A stretch of 64,000 nucleotides of DNA from the NCBI GenBank assembly GCA_008369845.1, contig MRSU01003251.1:1-64000 (forward strand). Direction: 5' to 3'. Shown piece after piece: positions 41,973-51,630 of this stretch (the stretch's first letter is position 1; each line of letters opens with the position of its first letter). A program made the translations under genes and the position numbers. The stretch comes from Trichomonas gallinae. Lineage: Eukaryota. The notes under the pieces are model-generated. The model was not told where the DNA came from. It saw only the letters and a program-made list of their open reading frames with translations, and ran no database searches.

Positions 41973-42512
41973 ATGGCGATAGCTGCTCTCAAAGCTAGAC
42001 GCACAATCAGATGCTACGAACCAGATTACGTTATTCCAAAGGAGGATATGGAGAAAATCTTGGATGTTGCAATCAATACTCCAAGTGCTCTCAATTGTCA
42101 AGATTTGGATCTCGTTGTTGTTACAAACAAAGAACGTATTCAGAAAGTCAATGATGTTGTTTATGATATTCTTGACCCATCAGTCCAACAGCGTTACATT
42201 GATAGACAGAAAAGATACGGAGTCAGTCAAAAGATCATGTATGATGCATCAGCGCTTATCCTTATTGTTAAAAATGAGAGAGCGTCAGGCCAGGAGAAGG
42301 TTGATGCTGGTATGATGGCAATGTCAATAATCGCTGCAGCACAAGACCTTGGCCTTTCAACAGTTCCTCTTGGAATCATTGTTAGACCACAAGTTGAAGA
42401 AATGTTCGGCCTTGCACCAGGATCATTGATGCTTGGTGTAGGAATTGGAAAGGCAAAATCAACAGATGTCGATAAAAAGGAAAATCGTCGCAAGATTACA
42501 TTCGTCGAATAA
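41973..42512 (+). CDS. Nitroreductase family protein (FMN-dependent, bacterial type)
   Basis: ARRTIRCY, PSALNCQ, DAGMMAMSIIAAAQDLGLSTVPLG and GVGIGK match the RRSxR / PSxxNxQ / D.G..A..LGL / iG nitroreductase signature. Confidence 0.92.
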   Translation: MAIAALKARRTIRCYEPDYVIPKEDMEKILDVAINTPSALNCQDLDLVVVTNKERIQKVNDVVYDILDPSVQQRYIDRQKRYGVSQKIMYDASALILIVKNERASGQEKVDAGMMAMSIIAAAQDLGLSTVPLGIIVRPQVEEMFGLAPGSLMLGVGIGKAKSTDVDKKENRRKITFVE

Positions 42513-42567
42513 AAATTTACACATTCGCAATATTAAATTTTTTTTTGATTTTTATTGATGATATGTG

Positions 42568-43998
42568 ATGTTTTCTATAACATAATTGATTTCATTTTTA
42601 ACTTTTGGATCTGTATTCATGCATAAATGATTCCAAATCTAATTAAAGTATGATGTTCAAAATTTAATTTAAAGATTAGTCCAAAGCTTGAAACTAACAA
42701 CGGAACAGATTATTTTAATAACTGCATAAGACTTGCAAGTGTTAATCTTCCTGTGATGAAGGAAATCAAAGATTAAGACTTTAGAAGTTGCTTGAATTAG
42801 AAATAATTGATTTGCCATGTGTGAAGAAAATTGGGGAATATTCGTTTTATGAATGCTTGAAATTAAAAAGAATCGAATTTCCTCTATTAAAAAGCTTTAG
42901 CAACTGGGTATTTTATGGATGCCAATCTTTAACAGAAGTGATTTTGTCCAACTTAACATTACTCGGCTATAGATCATTCGAAAAATGCTATTCTTTGAAA
43001 AAAGCATCTGTCCCGAAAATGACATATATGGGTAATGAAATGTTTAGAGATACTTTGAATGAGAATATTACGATCAAAGATACTTAAAATAGTTGGAACT
43101 CATGTTTTTATTGAGTGTCATAATCTGACAAAAATAAACTTAAGTCGATTTCAGAAATTGGTGAACTTTGGATTTTGCAATTGCTATAGATTATGATCGA
43201 TTGATATTGAATCAGTGTCAGCTTTAGGGAGGCATGCGATGTGGGTTCATTTGAAGGTTGCGAAAATCTTTTATCTTTCGATGCCTCAAAGCTTGAGACA
43301 ATCAATGATTATGCATTCATAAACTGTCGATCACTCGTTATATCTAATACAAACAACATCAAAATCATTGGTACCTAAGCATTTTACGGTGTTTCATCAA
43401 TGGAATCTTTTGATTTCAGTTCTTGTACTTTTCTAGGATCATCAGGATCAGAGACACAACACTTAGAGGCGAATTTAGAATAACCAAAATCAGAACAATA
43501 GATATTGGATGTTTCCAAAACACAAGGATTACGTCTCTATATATCAATAGATTAACACTGCGTCAAGATGCATTTAAATCCAATAGATTCTTAAAATCTG
43601 TCGAACTTGTATCAACAAGAGTTGAAACTTTTTCTTTTTATGACTGCCTTAACATTTATCGCATTATTTTTGATCAAAGCACTTTATTAATATATGATTC
43701 ATTTCCTAATATTCGCGCCTACATCTATTATCAAGGAGCAAGCCCAGGAACAAACGACAACACTTGTGCGAATATCATAAGAATTAAATTTGCTGTTTTC
43801 GTGACAAATCAGTACAATGCTGAGCTGTTATGCGATGCTAGGCCAAGTTTAGCTGATAAGACTGAATTCCCTCTATATATCCCATTCAAATACCGCGGAA
43901 GATTTCAGATTTCATGCGATCAAAATTTACCTAGCAATGATCATCGCCGGTATAGCATGTATTTTCTTTTTGTTATTGACCCATCTGACTCAAATTAA
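42568..43998 (+). pseudogene. BspA-like (TpLRR) surface protein pseudogene
   Basis: TpLRR units in several frames (LPCVKKIGEYSFYECLKL, FYGCQSLTEV, FEGCENL..LETINDYAFINCRSL..IKIIGT*AFYG, IDIGCFQNT) interrupted by stops and frameshifts; decayed hydrophobic start at ATG 42568. Confidence 0.85.
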
Positions 43999-44253
43999 AA
44001 ACTGAATGTATATTTTTTTGTTAAAATATTTTTTCTAATTCCTGTATTTTTCATTACGAGTATTGGCATTTTTTGTATTATAAAATAAGTATGTTGATAT
44101 TTAGTGTTTCCATTCTTATGATGAGCGTAATTTTTTTTTACTTGTCAAAAAGCTAAAATTTACATAACAAATTGATTATTTTACATGGCATTTTACATAC
44201 AAAAACGCCAAAAACATGATTGCTAATAGTTTACATGTCATAATTCATTTCGA

Positions 44254-44703
44254 ATGACTCATACATCTCAAAAAGCTAATGAAATCCCAATAATTAAGTT
44301 GACACAGAAAAAGGCGGCCCAATTGAATCTTGCTATATCCATTCCGCCGATGTATTTGACAATCGAAAAATTCGAATATAACGAAGAATTCAAAGCAACA
44401 TTCTACACCATCGAAGTTGGAATCCAGAAGGATAGTGTAGTTTGTACACATACAGTTCAAAAGCGTTATTCCGCATTACAAGAATTTGATGCACAAATTA
44501 GGCCGACATTTTCAGAATCGAGATATTTAAGACAATTCCCACCTAAAAAGTTATTTGGAAATACTGAAACGGAGTTTGTAGAAAAGCGCGCTGAAAAATT
44601 ACAAGATTACTTAGCAAACTTAGTTAGAGTTGCTGGTTTATGTGAAACACAAGTATTCAGGCGGTTCTTTGGAATTGATGAAAACCTTATTAAGAATTTT
44701 TAG
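44254..44703 (+). CDS. PX (phox homology) domain protein
   Basis: TFYTIEV..VQKRYSAL..F, FPPKKLFG...FVEKRAEKLQDYL...FRRFF. Confidence 0.92.
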   Translation: MTHTSQKANEIPIIKLTQKKAAQLNLAISIPPMYLTIEKFEYNEEFKATFYTIEVGIQKDSVVCTHTVQKRYSALQEFDAQIRPTFSESRYLRQFPPKKLFGNTETEFVEKRAEKLQDYLANLVRVAGLCETQVFRRFFGIDENLIKNF

Positions 44704-45063
44704 AAAATAATTTAATTACATTTTCAAATAGAATTTATAAATACTATCTTTAGAGACTATTTTTTGATTTCCATTTCGACATATTTAATCATATATTCAT
44801 ATAACATATGTGATTTTAATATTATGCAATATATTTAACCAATGGTTTCGAAATATCTAGTATTATGATGCTATAATGGAATGAAAACTGATACTGCTTT
44901 GCTTTAAACTTAAGATTAATAAAATTATTGAATATTATTGAATATTTTCATTTTTCAGCAAATTTGATAATCAAAAAGCTCGGATTTATCAATGATAGAT
45001 AGAATGATAGAATCTCTATGTTTAGGAATAAATATACAACAATTCGAAAAAATATTATTGAAT

Positions 45064-45627
45064 CTATGGCTCAGCTTCACCAGATGATGAAGATTCTAAT
45101 ACACGTATTGGTTTGGAATCATTTAATTGTTTTTGGTGAGCTAAAGCTTGAGCAAAGAAATAAAAATTAAGTATATCTAACAAACAACTAAGGAATGATG
45201 CTAATGATTTGGAGAATTCGAAGAATATAACCAAGAAAATGGACATACAAGTCCAAAATATCATTGAAACAAAAAATCCTAGCCAAAAAGTGTATGATTG
45301 GCAAGAATTCGGTATTGATAGCTCTGGTCTAATATAATATTCTAAGAAATTTCCTTTTTCGTTTGGTGTAAACAATAATTCCCATTTTAGCCCAACTAAC
45401 TGCAACCCACTGAAGTTTTTGTTGACAAAAAAGATAACTAGTCTGTTACCAATAACAATTGCAAGTACAAGTCGTGGATCTTTAATAAATAAAGCTACAG
45501 TCAAAAAAATGAATAGAGATATGACCCGCAGGATGACATAAATGAAAACACTGAGTATTGACGATCGTGTTTCGACATTTTCTATAACTTCCGATTCATA
45601 TGATGCAATGTCTTCAGTTCCATCCAT
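45064..45627 (-). CDS. TVP23/FAM18 (DUF846)-like Golgi membrane protein
   Basis: KNFSGLQLVGLKW resembles KNxxGRxLVGLRW; FWLG; several TM segments. ATG at 45627. Confidence 0.75.
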   Translation of the reverse strand: MDGTEDIASYESEVIENVETRSSILSVFIYVILRVISLFIFLTVALFIKDPRLVLAIVIGNRLVIFFVNKNFSGLQLVGLKWELLFTPNEKGNFLEYYIRPELSIPNSCQSYTFWLGFFVSMIFWTCMSIFLVIFFEFSKSLASFLSCLLDILNFYFFAQALAHQKQLNDSKPIRVLESSSSGEAEP

Positions 45628-45803
45628 TTTTGACAAGTATAATTTTACATGTCAAAATCATGTTTTATAACATCGCTAATTATGAAAGCCTTAGTGGTTT
45701 TTGGGCGTTTTGTGTATGAAAACATTGATATTTTGAAGATAAATTAAATTTGATAAATATCCTTTTGCTAAATTTGTGGTTTTGATAAAATACAAACAAA
45801 GTT

Positions 45804-46469
45804 TTATTTAATAGATTTGATCGTCTCTATTTCCTCTTCAGCAATAGCGATGCATTTTTGAATTGATAAGACTTTTTCACGAAGAGACTCATTATGGCTT
45901 CTAAGTGATATAATCTGAGGTGCATCTGTTTCTACTTTCTCTTCATGGACAATTAATGGATCATCGAAGACTTTAAATAGTTCATTCATCTGTTCATTGA
46001 GCTGGCGCTGTTTTTCGAAAAGATCGGATCTCTGACGCATTGTAGCTTCTAAGTCTGTCACTTCTTGTTGTCTTCTTTCAATGTGGTGTTGAATTTCATT
46101 TAATTGCTTCTTTAATTGTTCATTTTCGGCTTCAATTTCTTGTGTTTCTGTTTTAAGTTGGTTTAAGCGCTGTTCTTGTACAATCAATTTCTGTAATGCT
46201 TGAACTTCTGTTGGAGCTGTTTCTTTTTCTGCAGTAATATCGATGAGCGCGCGATCAATAAAGCACCCGAAAACAGTATCTGAAGCAGCAATCTTCTCCA
46301 ACATTTCAACGAAGATTTTGATTCTTTCTTCGCTTCCACGTTTCGAATTTCTTGCTCTTTCTCTAAGATTTCTTTCAAGCCACAGTTCTAACTCTATATG
46401 AGACACTTTGTCTTTCGGTGTTGCTTTATCTTTAAATAAAGCCTTGTAGCCTGTTTCACGCGATTGCAT
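45804..46469 (-). CDS. Coiled-coil hypothetical protein
   Basis: 221-aa E/Q/K-rich heptad ORF. Confidence 0.75.
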   Translation of the reverse strand: MQSRETGYKALFKDKATPKDKVSHIELELWLERNLRERARNSKRGSEERIKIFVEMLEKIAASDTVFGCFIDRALIDITAEKETAPTEVQALQKLIVQEQRLNQLKTETQEIEAENEQLKKQLNEIQHHIERRQQEVTDLEATMRQRSDLFEKQRQLNEQMNELFKVFDDPLIVHEEKVETDAPQIISLRSHNESLREKVLSIQKCIAIAEEEIETIKSIK

Positions 46470-46516
46470 AATTCTTTTATAACGTTCTGAAAAGTGGCAA
46501 AAAAACTCTAGAATTC

Positions 46517-46643
46517 TGACATGTAAAATATTGTATTTAAATGTTCTTGACGTGTAAAAATGGCAATTCTAAATTTTTTGACATGTAGAGTGATTAATAT
46601 TTTCATACGTAAAGTATTTGTTTTTTACTTTTGGCATGTAAAT
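46517..46643. promoter_or_regulatory. Cluster of TGNCRTGTAAA-like motifs in a divergent promoter
   Basis: tgacatgtaaaa 46517, tgacgtgtaaaa 46548, tgacatgtagag 46579, tggcatgtaaat 46632, between divergent ATGs at 46469 and 46732. Confidence 0.55.
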
Positions 46644-46731
46644 AATACAATAATCACAAAAATTTATGGGATTATTTTTGATTCAATTTTTCTGATATTT
46701 ATTCTGCATCAAAGTAAATTAAAAATTTAAA

Positions 46732-48045
46732 ATGCAGGACTATAAACCTGCAGACTCAGAAAGCAATCTCAGTAGAGAAACTGGGCCTGATATCGATGTA
46801 GTAAGAATCAATCCGCCCCGCAATGTCTTTTTTTTAGATACTTATATCAAATCTATTGAACTCTCAATGGAAAGCGGAGCAACTTCGCTAGCTTCTATAT
46901 TAGATGAAATGTATGCAGTTTTATACGATGTTACAGAAGAAAGACTCAAGATTTTAGATGATCCATCTATAATTTATATGTTATTGCAGCTATTTCCTGT
47001 GAATGACATATGTTTACGCACTTCAATCTTGATTTTGGATAAAATTATTGAAATTTTTCCTCACCACGCTTCAATTTTACTTGATGAAGCCAACATTGCA
47101 CAATGGCATCAAATTCTGGCAAGCCAAGATGTATTTGTTGCTCAAAGCTGTCGTCAATTTGTTGCTACGTTATCAGTACAGTCTCCAAAGACATGTTTGC
47201 AATATTTTGATAATTTTATTCCTTATTCGCGAGCTTTAGACCCATCTGATGTCAAATACATGACAGCTATTCAAGAATTCATTCCAGAAATAATTGATGA
47301 TCATGTTGATGCATTGTGGATTTTTATTACTTACAATATTGGAGACTATACAGATACTAGTGTCCAATCTGGAAAATTTGAAATCCTTGCATGGTTATTA
47401 TCTCATCATGTTCAACCAATTATAGATTTATATATTAATAATCAATCATTTCACATAAATCAGGTCCTACACCTGCTATTTAGTGAGTTAGAAATGGATG
47501 TTTCAGCTGGCTACAATGTTCTCAATTCCGCACTGTTTGTTTTCCCGATAGAAATAATTATGGATCCTCATTTCATTATTCTTGAACGCGTGCAAACTAA
47601 TTTGCAGGCAGCAAGACCAGATCTTGCTAGAGATATTCTCACCTTCTTGAGTCATTTATTAGAAAGAGCTCCAGATTATATTCCAAAATTTTTCGGCCCT
47701 GAGCCACTGTTTGATGATATCATGCATGTAATGTTTGATACTCAGTTTTCAACCAGTGAAGCTGCTTGTATATTGATGTCACGAATCATTCAATTGACGA
47801 CTGAAGAATTATTCACGCAGTTGCCAATAATAGATATAACTAACAAACTTATTTCTGTTTTAGATTTTAACCGAGTTGAATTCACTAGTTTTCTTCTTAA
47901 TTGTATTATTTTCATTATCAAGAAATTGCCTTTAGGTGTCATCAAAGAATCTATTGACCCAGAGCCGCTACAAGCATTGGATGGGGAGTCAGAAACTATA
48001 GATGCTCAACTTGCAGAGATTTTACCTGTATTTGAAGAAGAATAA
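46732..48045 (+). CDS. ARM/HEAT-repeat hypothetical protein
   Basis: 437-aa acidic, Leu/Ile-rich helical ORF, similar in size and character to 1608-2921. Confidence 0.65.
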   Translation: MQDYKPADSESNLSRETGPDIDVVRINPPRNVFFLDTYIKSIELSMESGATSLASILDEMYAVLYDVTEERLKILDDPSIIYMLLQLFPVNDICLRTSILILDKIIEIFPHHASILLDEANIAQWHQILASQDVFVAQSCRQFVATLSVQSPKTCLQYFDNFIPYSRALDPSDVKYMTAIQEFIPEIIDDHVDALWIFITYNIGDYTDTSVQSGKFEILAWLLSHHVQPIIDLYINNQSFHINQVLHLLFSELEMDVSAGYNVLNSALFVFPIEIIMDPHFIILERVQTNLQAARPDLARDILTFLSHLLERAPDYIPKFFGPEPLFDDIMHVMFDTQFSTSEAACILMSRIIQLTTEELFTQLPIIDITNKLISVLDFNRVEFTSFLLNCIIFIIKKLPLGVIKESIDPEPLQALDGESETIDAQLAEILPVFEEE

Positions 48046-48149
48046 TATTCAAATGATATGATTCTTGTGAATGGAATCATATTGTCATTTGTTATTATAT
48101 GTATTTGCGATTTTATTGTTTTTTATACTAAATGGATAGAAAAAATAAT

Positions 48150-49949
48150 TTATAAACAAGATTTGAGAGAACGAATGTGGTTTTTGTAGGTCTTACAAAG
48201 AGCTTCTGCATCACGCATTCGTCTCCTAAGTTCTGGCATCATTTCATGCTCTTTAAATACTAAATGCGAATCTGAATCACCTCTATTTGGATTTCTGATC
48301 AAATTTGCTGTTGGAATGTTAACAGGAGACAGCTGAATAATGGATATTTTGTTTTCTAAATTGTTGACAACAACTTTTTCTGATTTTTCTGCTTGTCTAA
48401 GAATATCTCTTAGTTCTATGGCCAATGAATCGCAGTCATCGTGGTATTTAGGATAGACAAGTGGATGGATGATTCCATTCACGAGTTTGGCGATTTGGCG
48501 TAAATCTGACTTCAAATTTGTGTCCTTCACTCTATAAGCATAAGAAAGGATGAGATGAGATGTTATTGCTTGGCTCACAGAGTGTGGAGTGCATTTTTGC
48601 AATTCATTAATAATTCCATCAAAATCAATATTAGGAATCTTAAACTCTGAGACTTCTTTTTCTATTCTTTCAAGTTCTTTGATAAGTGTATCTATAGAAG
48701 GATTATCGACTATATCAGAATTCAAGAATAAAATTGTAATCTTACAAAAATGAAGCAATTGCTCTGTTACTTCGTTCTGTGGAGATAGCAATGGTATCTT
48801 TTGCTCAAGGCGCTTGGATATAACGATTGGAACGAAGATTTCTTTCGAAAATTCTTTCATTAAAGGTATGAAGTCTTTTATAGATTGTCTCTGCGCCAGT
48901 GCTATTGCCTTAGACTGATCATGCGATTTAATTGAAAAATTCGTCTTTTCAAGTTGAATCGCAAGATTTTTGTATTGTTTATCAAGTTGTAGGCTTGAAC
49001 CTGATTCATTTTGACTTCTAAACTGTTGGAGGACTTCTTCCATGGAATTTTGCTGAGCAATGCATTTTTGAATCTGATTTTGATAATTTATTAATTTATT
49101 ATCATAATCTTTCTTGATTTTAGACTCGCGTTCCAAGCTTTTTTCATATTGTTTGGATATAGCTAATAAACTCTCTTCAAACTGTCTGTGCTCCTCTGCT
49201 ATGTGTTCTAACGCTTCAATTTGAGATCTCGAAGATGTGCACATTGTTATTTTTTGCAATTCCTTCTCCTTCTTAAGGTACTCGTATATGAGTTCCTCTT
49301 TTTGTATTTTTTGGCGCAATCCTTCAAGAGTTATTTGATCTAATTTTTGCTCAAGCTGTACTTGGAAATTTGAGCATCTTTCCATATGCTGCTGCTTAAT
49401 AGTGTTGAATTGTGTCTTTGCTTGATCATATTTTTGCTTTTCTGAAGTATATTTGTGTTTAAGTGTATCGATCTCTGCCTTTGCTTTCTCAATTTGTTCA
49501 TAAATTGGTGCTAATTCTGAAATTGATTCTGTTGATGAGTCAGTAATCATGCTAAGATCAGAAGATTTTGAATCCATTTTATTATCTTCAGGAGTAGAAG
49601 GTGAAGGTGGGGATCTGATTATAGGCGATGGCTGGCTTGAATCTGTACTTTTCGTTGGTGTAACATTTGAAGGTGATGAAGGCCCTGATGAGCTTTTAAT
49701 TAATTGATTTCTTGCTAAAGCTTGTTGTCGTGATTTTTCAACAGCTCCCAAGAAAACTTCCTCTTGTACGAATACACCATGGTTCTCTTGGCACTCAAAA
49801 TACTTTTTTCCTTGAATTGTTCCATTATTTTTGCCTTTAGGTTTAGGTAATTCGACACCTACCCATGTACCTGGTTTCTTCTCGTGTGGACCAATATACC
49901 TGATAATTGATTTCATGCCTAAAAAGTCTACTTCATCACCTACATGCAT
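48150..49949 (-). CDS. CAP-Gly domain coiled-coil protein (dynactin p150/CLIP-like)
   Basis: IRYIGP..GTWVGVELPKPKGKNNGTIQGKKYFECQENHGVFV, Ser/Pro-rich linker, long coiled coil. Confidence 0.92.
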   Translation of the reverse strand: MHVGDEVDFLGMKSIIRYIGPHEKKPGTWVGVELPKPKGKNNGTIQGKKYFECQENHGVFVQEEVFLGAVEKSRQQALARNQLIKSSSGPSSPSNVTPTKSTDSSQPSPIIRSPPSPSTPEDNKMDSKSSDLSMITDSSTESISELAPIYEQIEKAKAEIDTLKHKYTSEKQKYDQAKTQFNTIKQQHMERCSNFQVQLEQKLDQITLEGLRQKIQKEELIYEYLKKEKELQKITMCTSSRSQIEALEHIAEEHRQFEESLLAISKQYEKSLERESKIKKDYDNKLINYQNQIQKCIAQQNSMEEVLQQFRSQNESGSSLQLDKQYKNLAIQLEKTNFSIKSHDQSKAIALAQRQSIKDFIPLMKEFSKEIFVPIVISKRLEQKIPLLSPQNEVTEQLLHFCKITILFLNSDIVDNPSIDTLIKELERIEKEVSEFKIPNIDFDGIINELQKCTPHSVSQAITSHLILSYAYRVKDTNLKSDLRQIAKLVNGIIHPLVYPKYHDDCDSLAIELRDILRQAEKSEKVVVNNLENKISIIQLSPVNIPTANLIRNPNRGDSDSHLVFKEHEMMPELRRRMRDAEALCKTYKNHIRSLKSCL

Positions 49950-49958
49950 TTTAAAATT

Positions 49959-50002
49959 TTTTATAAATAAGGTTATTTATATAAATAACCTTATTTATAA
50001 AA
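49959..50002. repeat. 44-bp perfect palindrome
   Basis: ttttataaataaggttatttat|ataaataaccttatttataaaa, checked base by base. Confidence 0.95.
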
Positions 50003-50437
50003 GTGACATAATTTTTGCAAAAAAAACTCTAAAAAAAATAATCATTATTAAGCTTTGTCACTTTGCCTATAATATTATTTCCTCAAAATATATTTATATC
50101 ATATGAAAAATAGATTTTTTATCTAAATTTAATTTTGTCGATAATTTAATAACTTTAATTTTGATTGTGACTATTTAAATACAACATATTTAGACCAAAT
50201 TATGTATAAAAATTTAGTCTAAAAAGTCTAAATATAAATATACAAAAAATCGAATTTGATGTCAAAATATTTCAATAATCGACTTTCATTAATTTTGATG
50301 AAGAAAATGGAATATTTGCATTAATTAGATGTTATTAAAAGTGAAATCGAAAGATTTTATTTTTGTGTTAGTAAAAAGTGACGAATGGTTTCGTACGATA
50401 AAAAACAAGTTTGGCCGGTTTATGTAATTTTTAGTTT

Positions 50438-51127
50438 ATGTTCTTTGCATTCTTATTACTTGCCAGATCCGAGGAGGAAGTCCTTGGAGCATACGATCCA
50501 AACACACACGCCTTCCTCCCGCCACTTCCAAAGGACTCACTTGACGCTCGTGGCCTCTTAATTGATTATCCAGATAAGAGGTTCCCGTTTTCCACAGAGG
50601 TCATCCGTCTTGTTTCCACATTCAAGGCTTTGTCATCTGCTGAATTGGACATCATGACAGTCTTTGGTCACTTCTACAACACAGATGGAGAATTAGTCAC
50701 CAACTACACAACATACGGCTACCCAGCCCACATTAGCAGCGAGGAATCCTCAACACAAGTTAGCATCATCCAGTGGGCCTCCTACATGGAAGCTAACACC
50801 TACCAGATGGATGCCTTTGCCATTGTTACAGCTGCTGACGGTAAGAACTACTCCGCCCTCCTCCTTAACGAGACAGTTGAGATCTTCGAATACACCAACT
50901 ACAAGGAAACAATCGGCTCTGCCATCCTCTACATCTTTGTTATTGTCGTCCTCGGCGGCATTATCTATCTCATCCTCTCCAAGGACCAGAGAACAACAAT
51001 GTCCACAGTTGCCCAGGCCAAGACAGCCAAGAAGAAGACAGTTCGCGACTACAGCGAAATCCACACAAGCGACCGCTCTTCCTCCCCAGGCGCAACAAAG
51101 AGGACAACATCCCCAGCCAGAAACTAA
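50438..51127 (+). CDS. Type I membrane protein, TRAP-alpha (SSR1)-like (putative)
   Basis: Signal peptide, beta-rich lumenal domain ending LLNETVEIFE, single TM (AILYIFVIVVLGGIIYLIL), basic Ser/Thr tail; strong codon bias. Confidence 0.55.
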   Translation: MFFAFLLLARSEEEVLGAYDPNTHAFLPPLPKDSLDARGLLIDYPDKRFPFSTEVIRLVSTFKALSSAELDIMTVFGHFYNTDGELVTNYTTYGYPAHISSEESSTQVSIIQWASYMEANTYQMDAFAIVTAADGKNYSALLLNETVEIFEYTNYKETIGSAILYIFVIVVLGGIIYLILSKDQRTTMSTVAQAKTAKKKTVRDYSEIHTSDRSSSPGATKRTTSPARN

Positions 51128-51175
51128 ACATATTTTACACAACACATAACTAACAAAACAGCTTTTTTCCTTATT

Positions 51176-51212
51176 TGAAACGGGGTTTATTTAATAAATA
51201 AACCCCGTTTCA
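51176..51212. repeat. 37-bp inverted repeat (18-bp arms around one central base)
   Basis: tgaaacggggtttattta-a-taaataaaccccgtttca, starting 49 nt after the stop of 50438-51127. Confidence 0.95.
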
Positions 51213-51630
51213 TGCGAATCTTTACTCCTTAGGCCTTGTAGCCTCCAAAATCTCTTGGAATAACAAAGTAAATTTAGGAATTTCTCTAAAAATCATATGG
51301 AAAAAGTACATTTTTTCTTTTACATTGATAATTTTCAATAATTTTTATTATTAAAATCGTTTTTTTCGCATAAAATAATGAACAAATCGACAAACTAATT
51401 AATGATTTTATTTAATTTTTATACAGAAGTTATATTATCATCAAAATAATTTAGAATAAATCAATATTTAATTTTTGAATTTTAATTTTGATTTGTAATG
51501 TCGTCTTAAAAATATCAAGTGTATCAGTATGAGTCTTGAGTTTTTTGTATGAGCAAGAGTTAGATCATAAATCAAGTTTTAGTATAAAAATTGATCAAAT
51601 AAACAGAAAATGGATAGATTTAACAACATC

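Noticed and set aside
51149..51161. ACTAACAAAACAG, similar to the trichomonad branch-point/3' splice-site motif
   Set aside because: No GT donor at a suitable distance upstream, and the adjacent ORF is complete without splicing.
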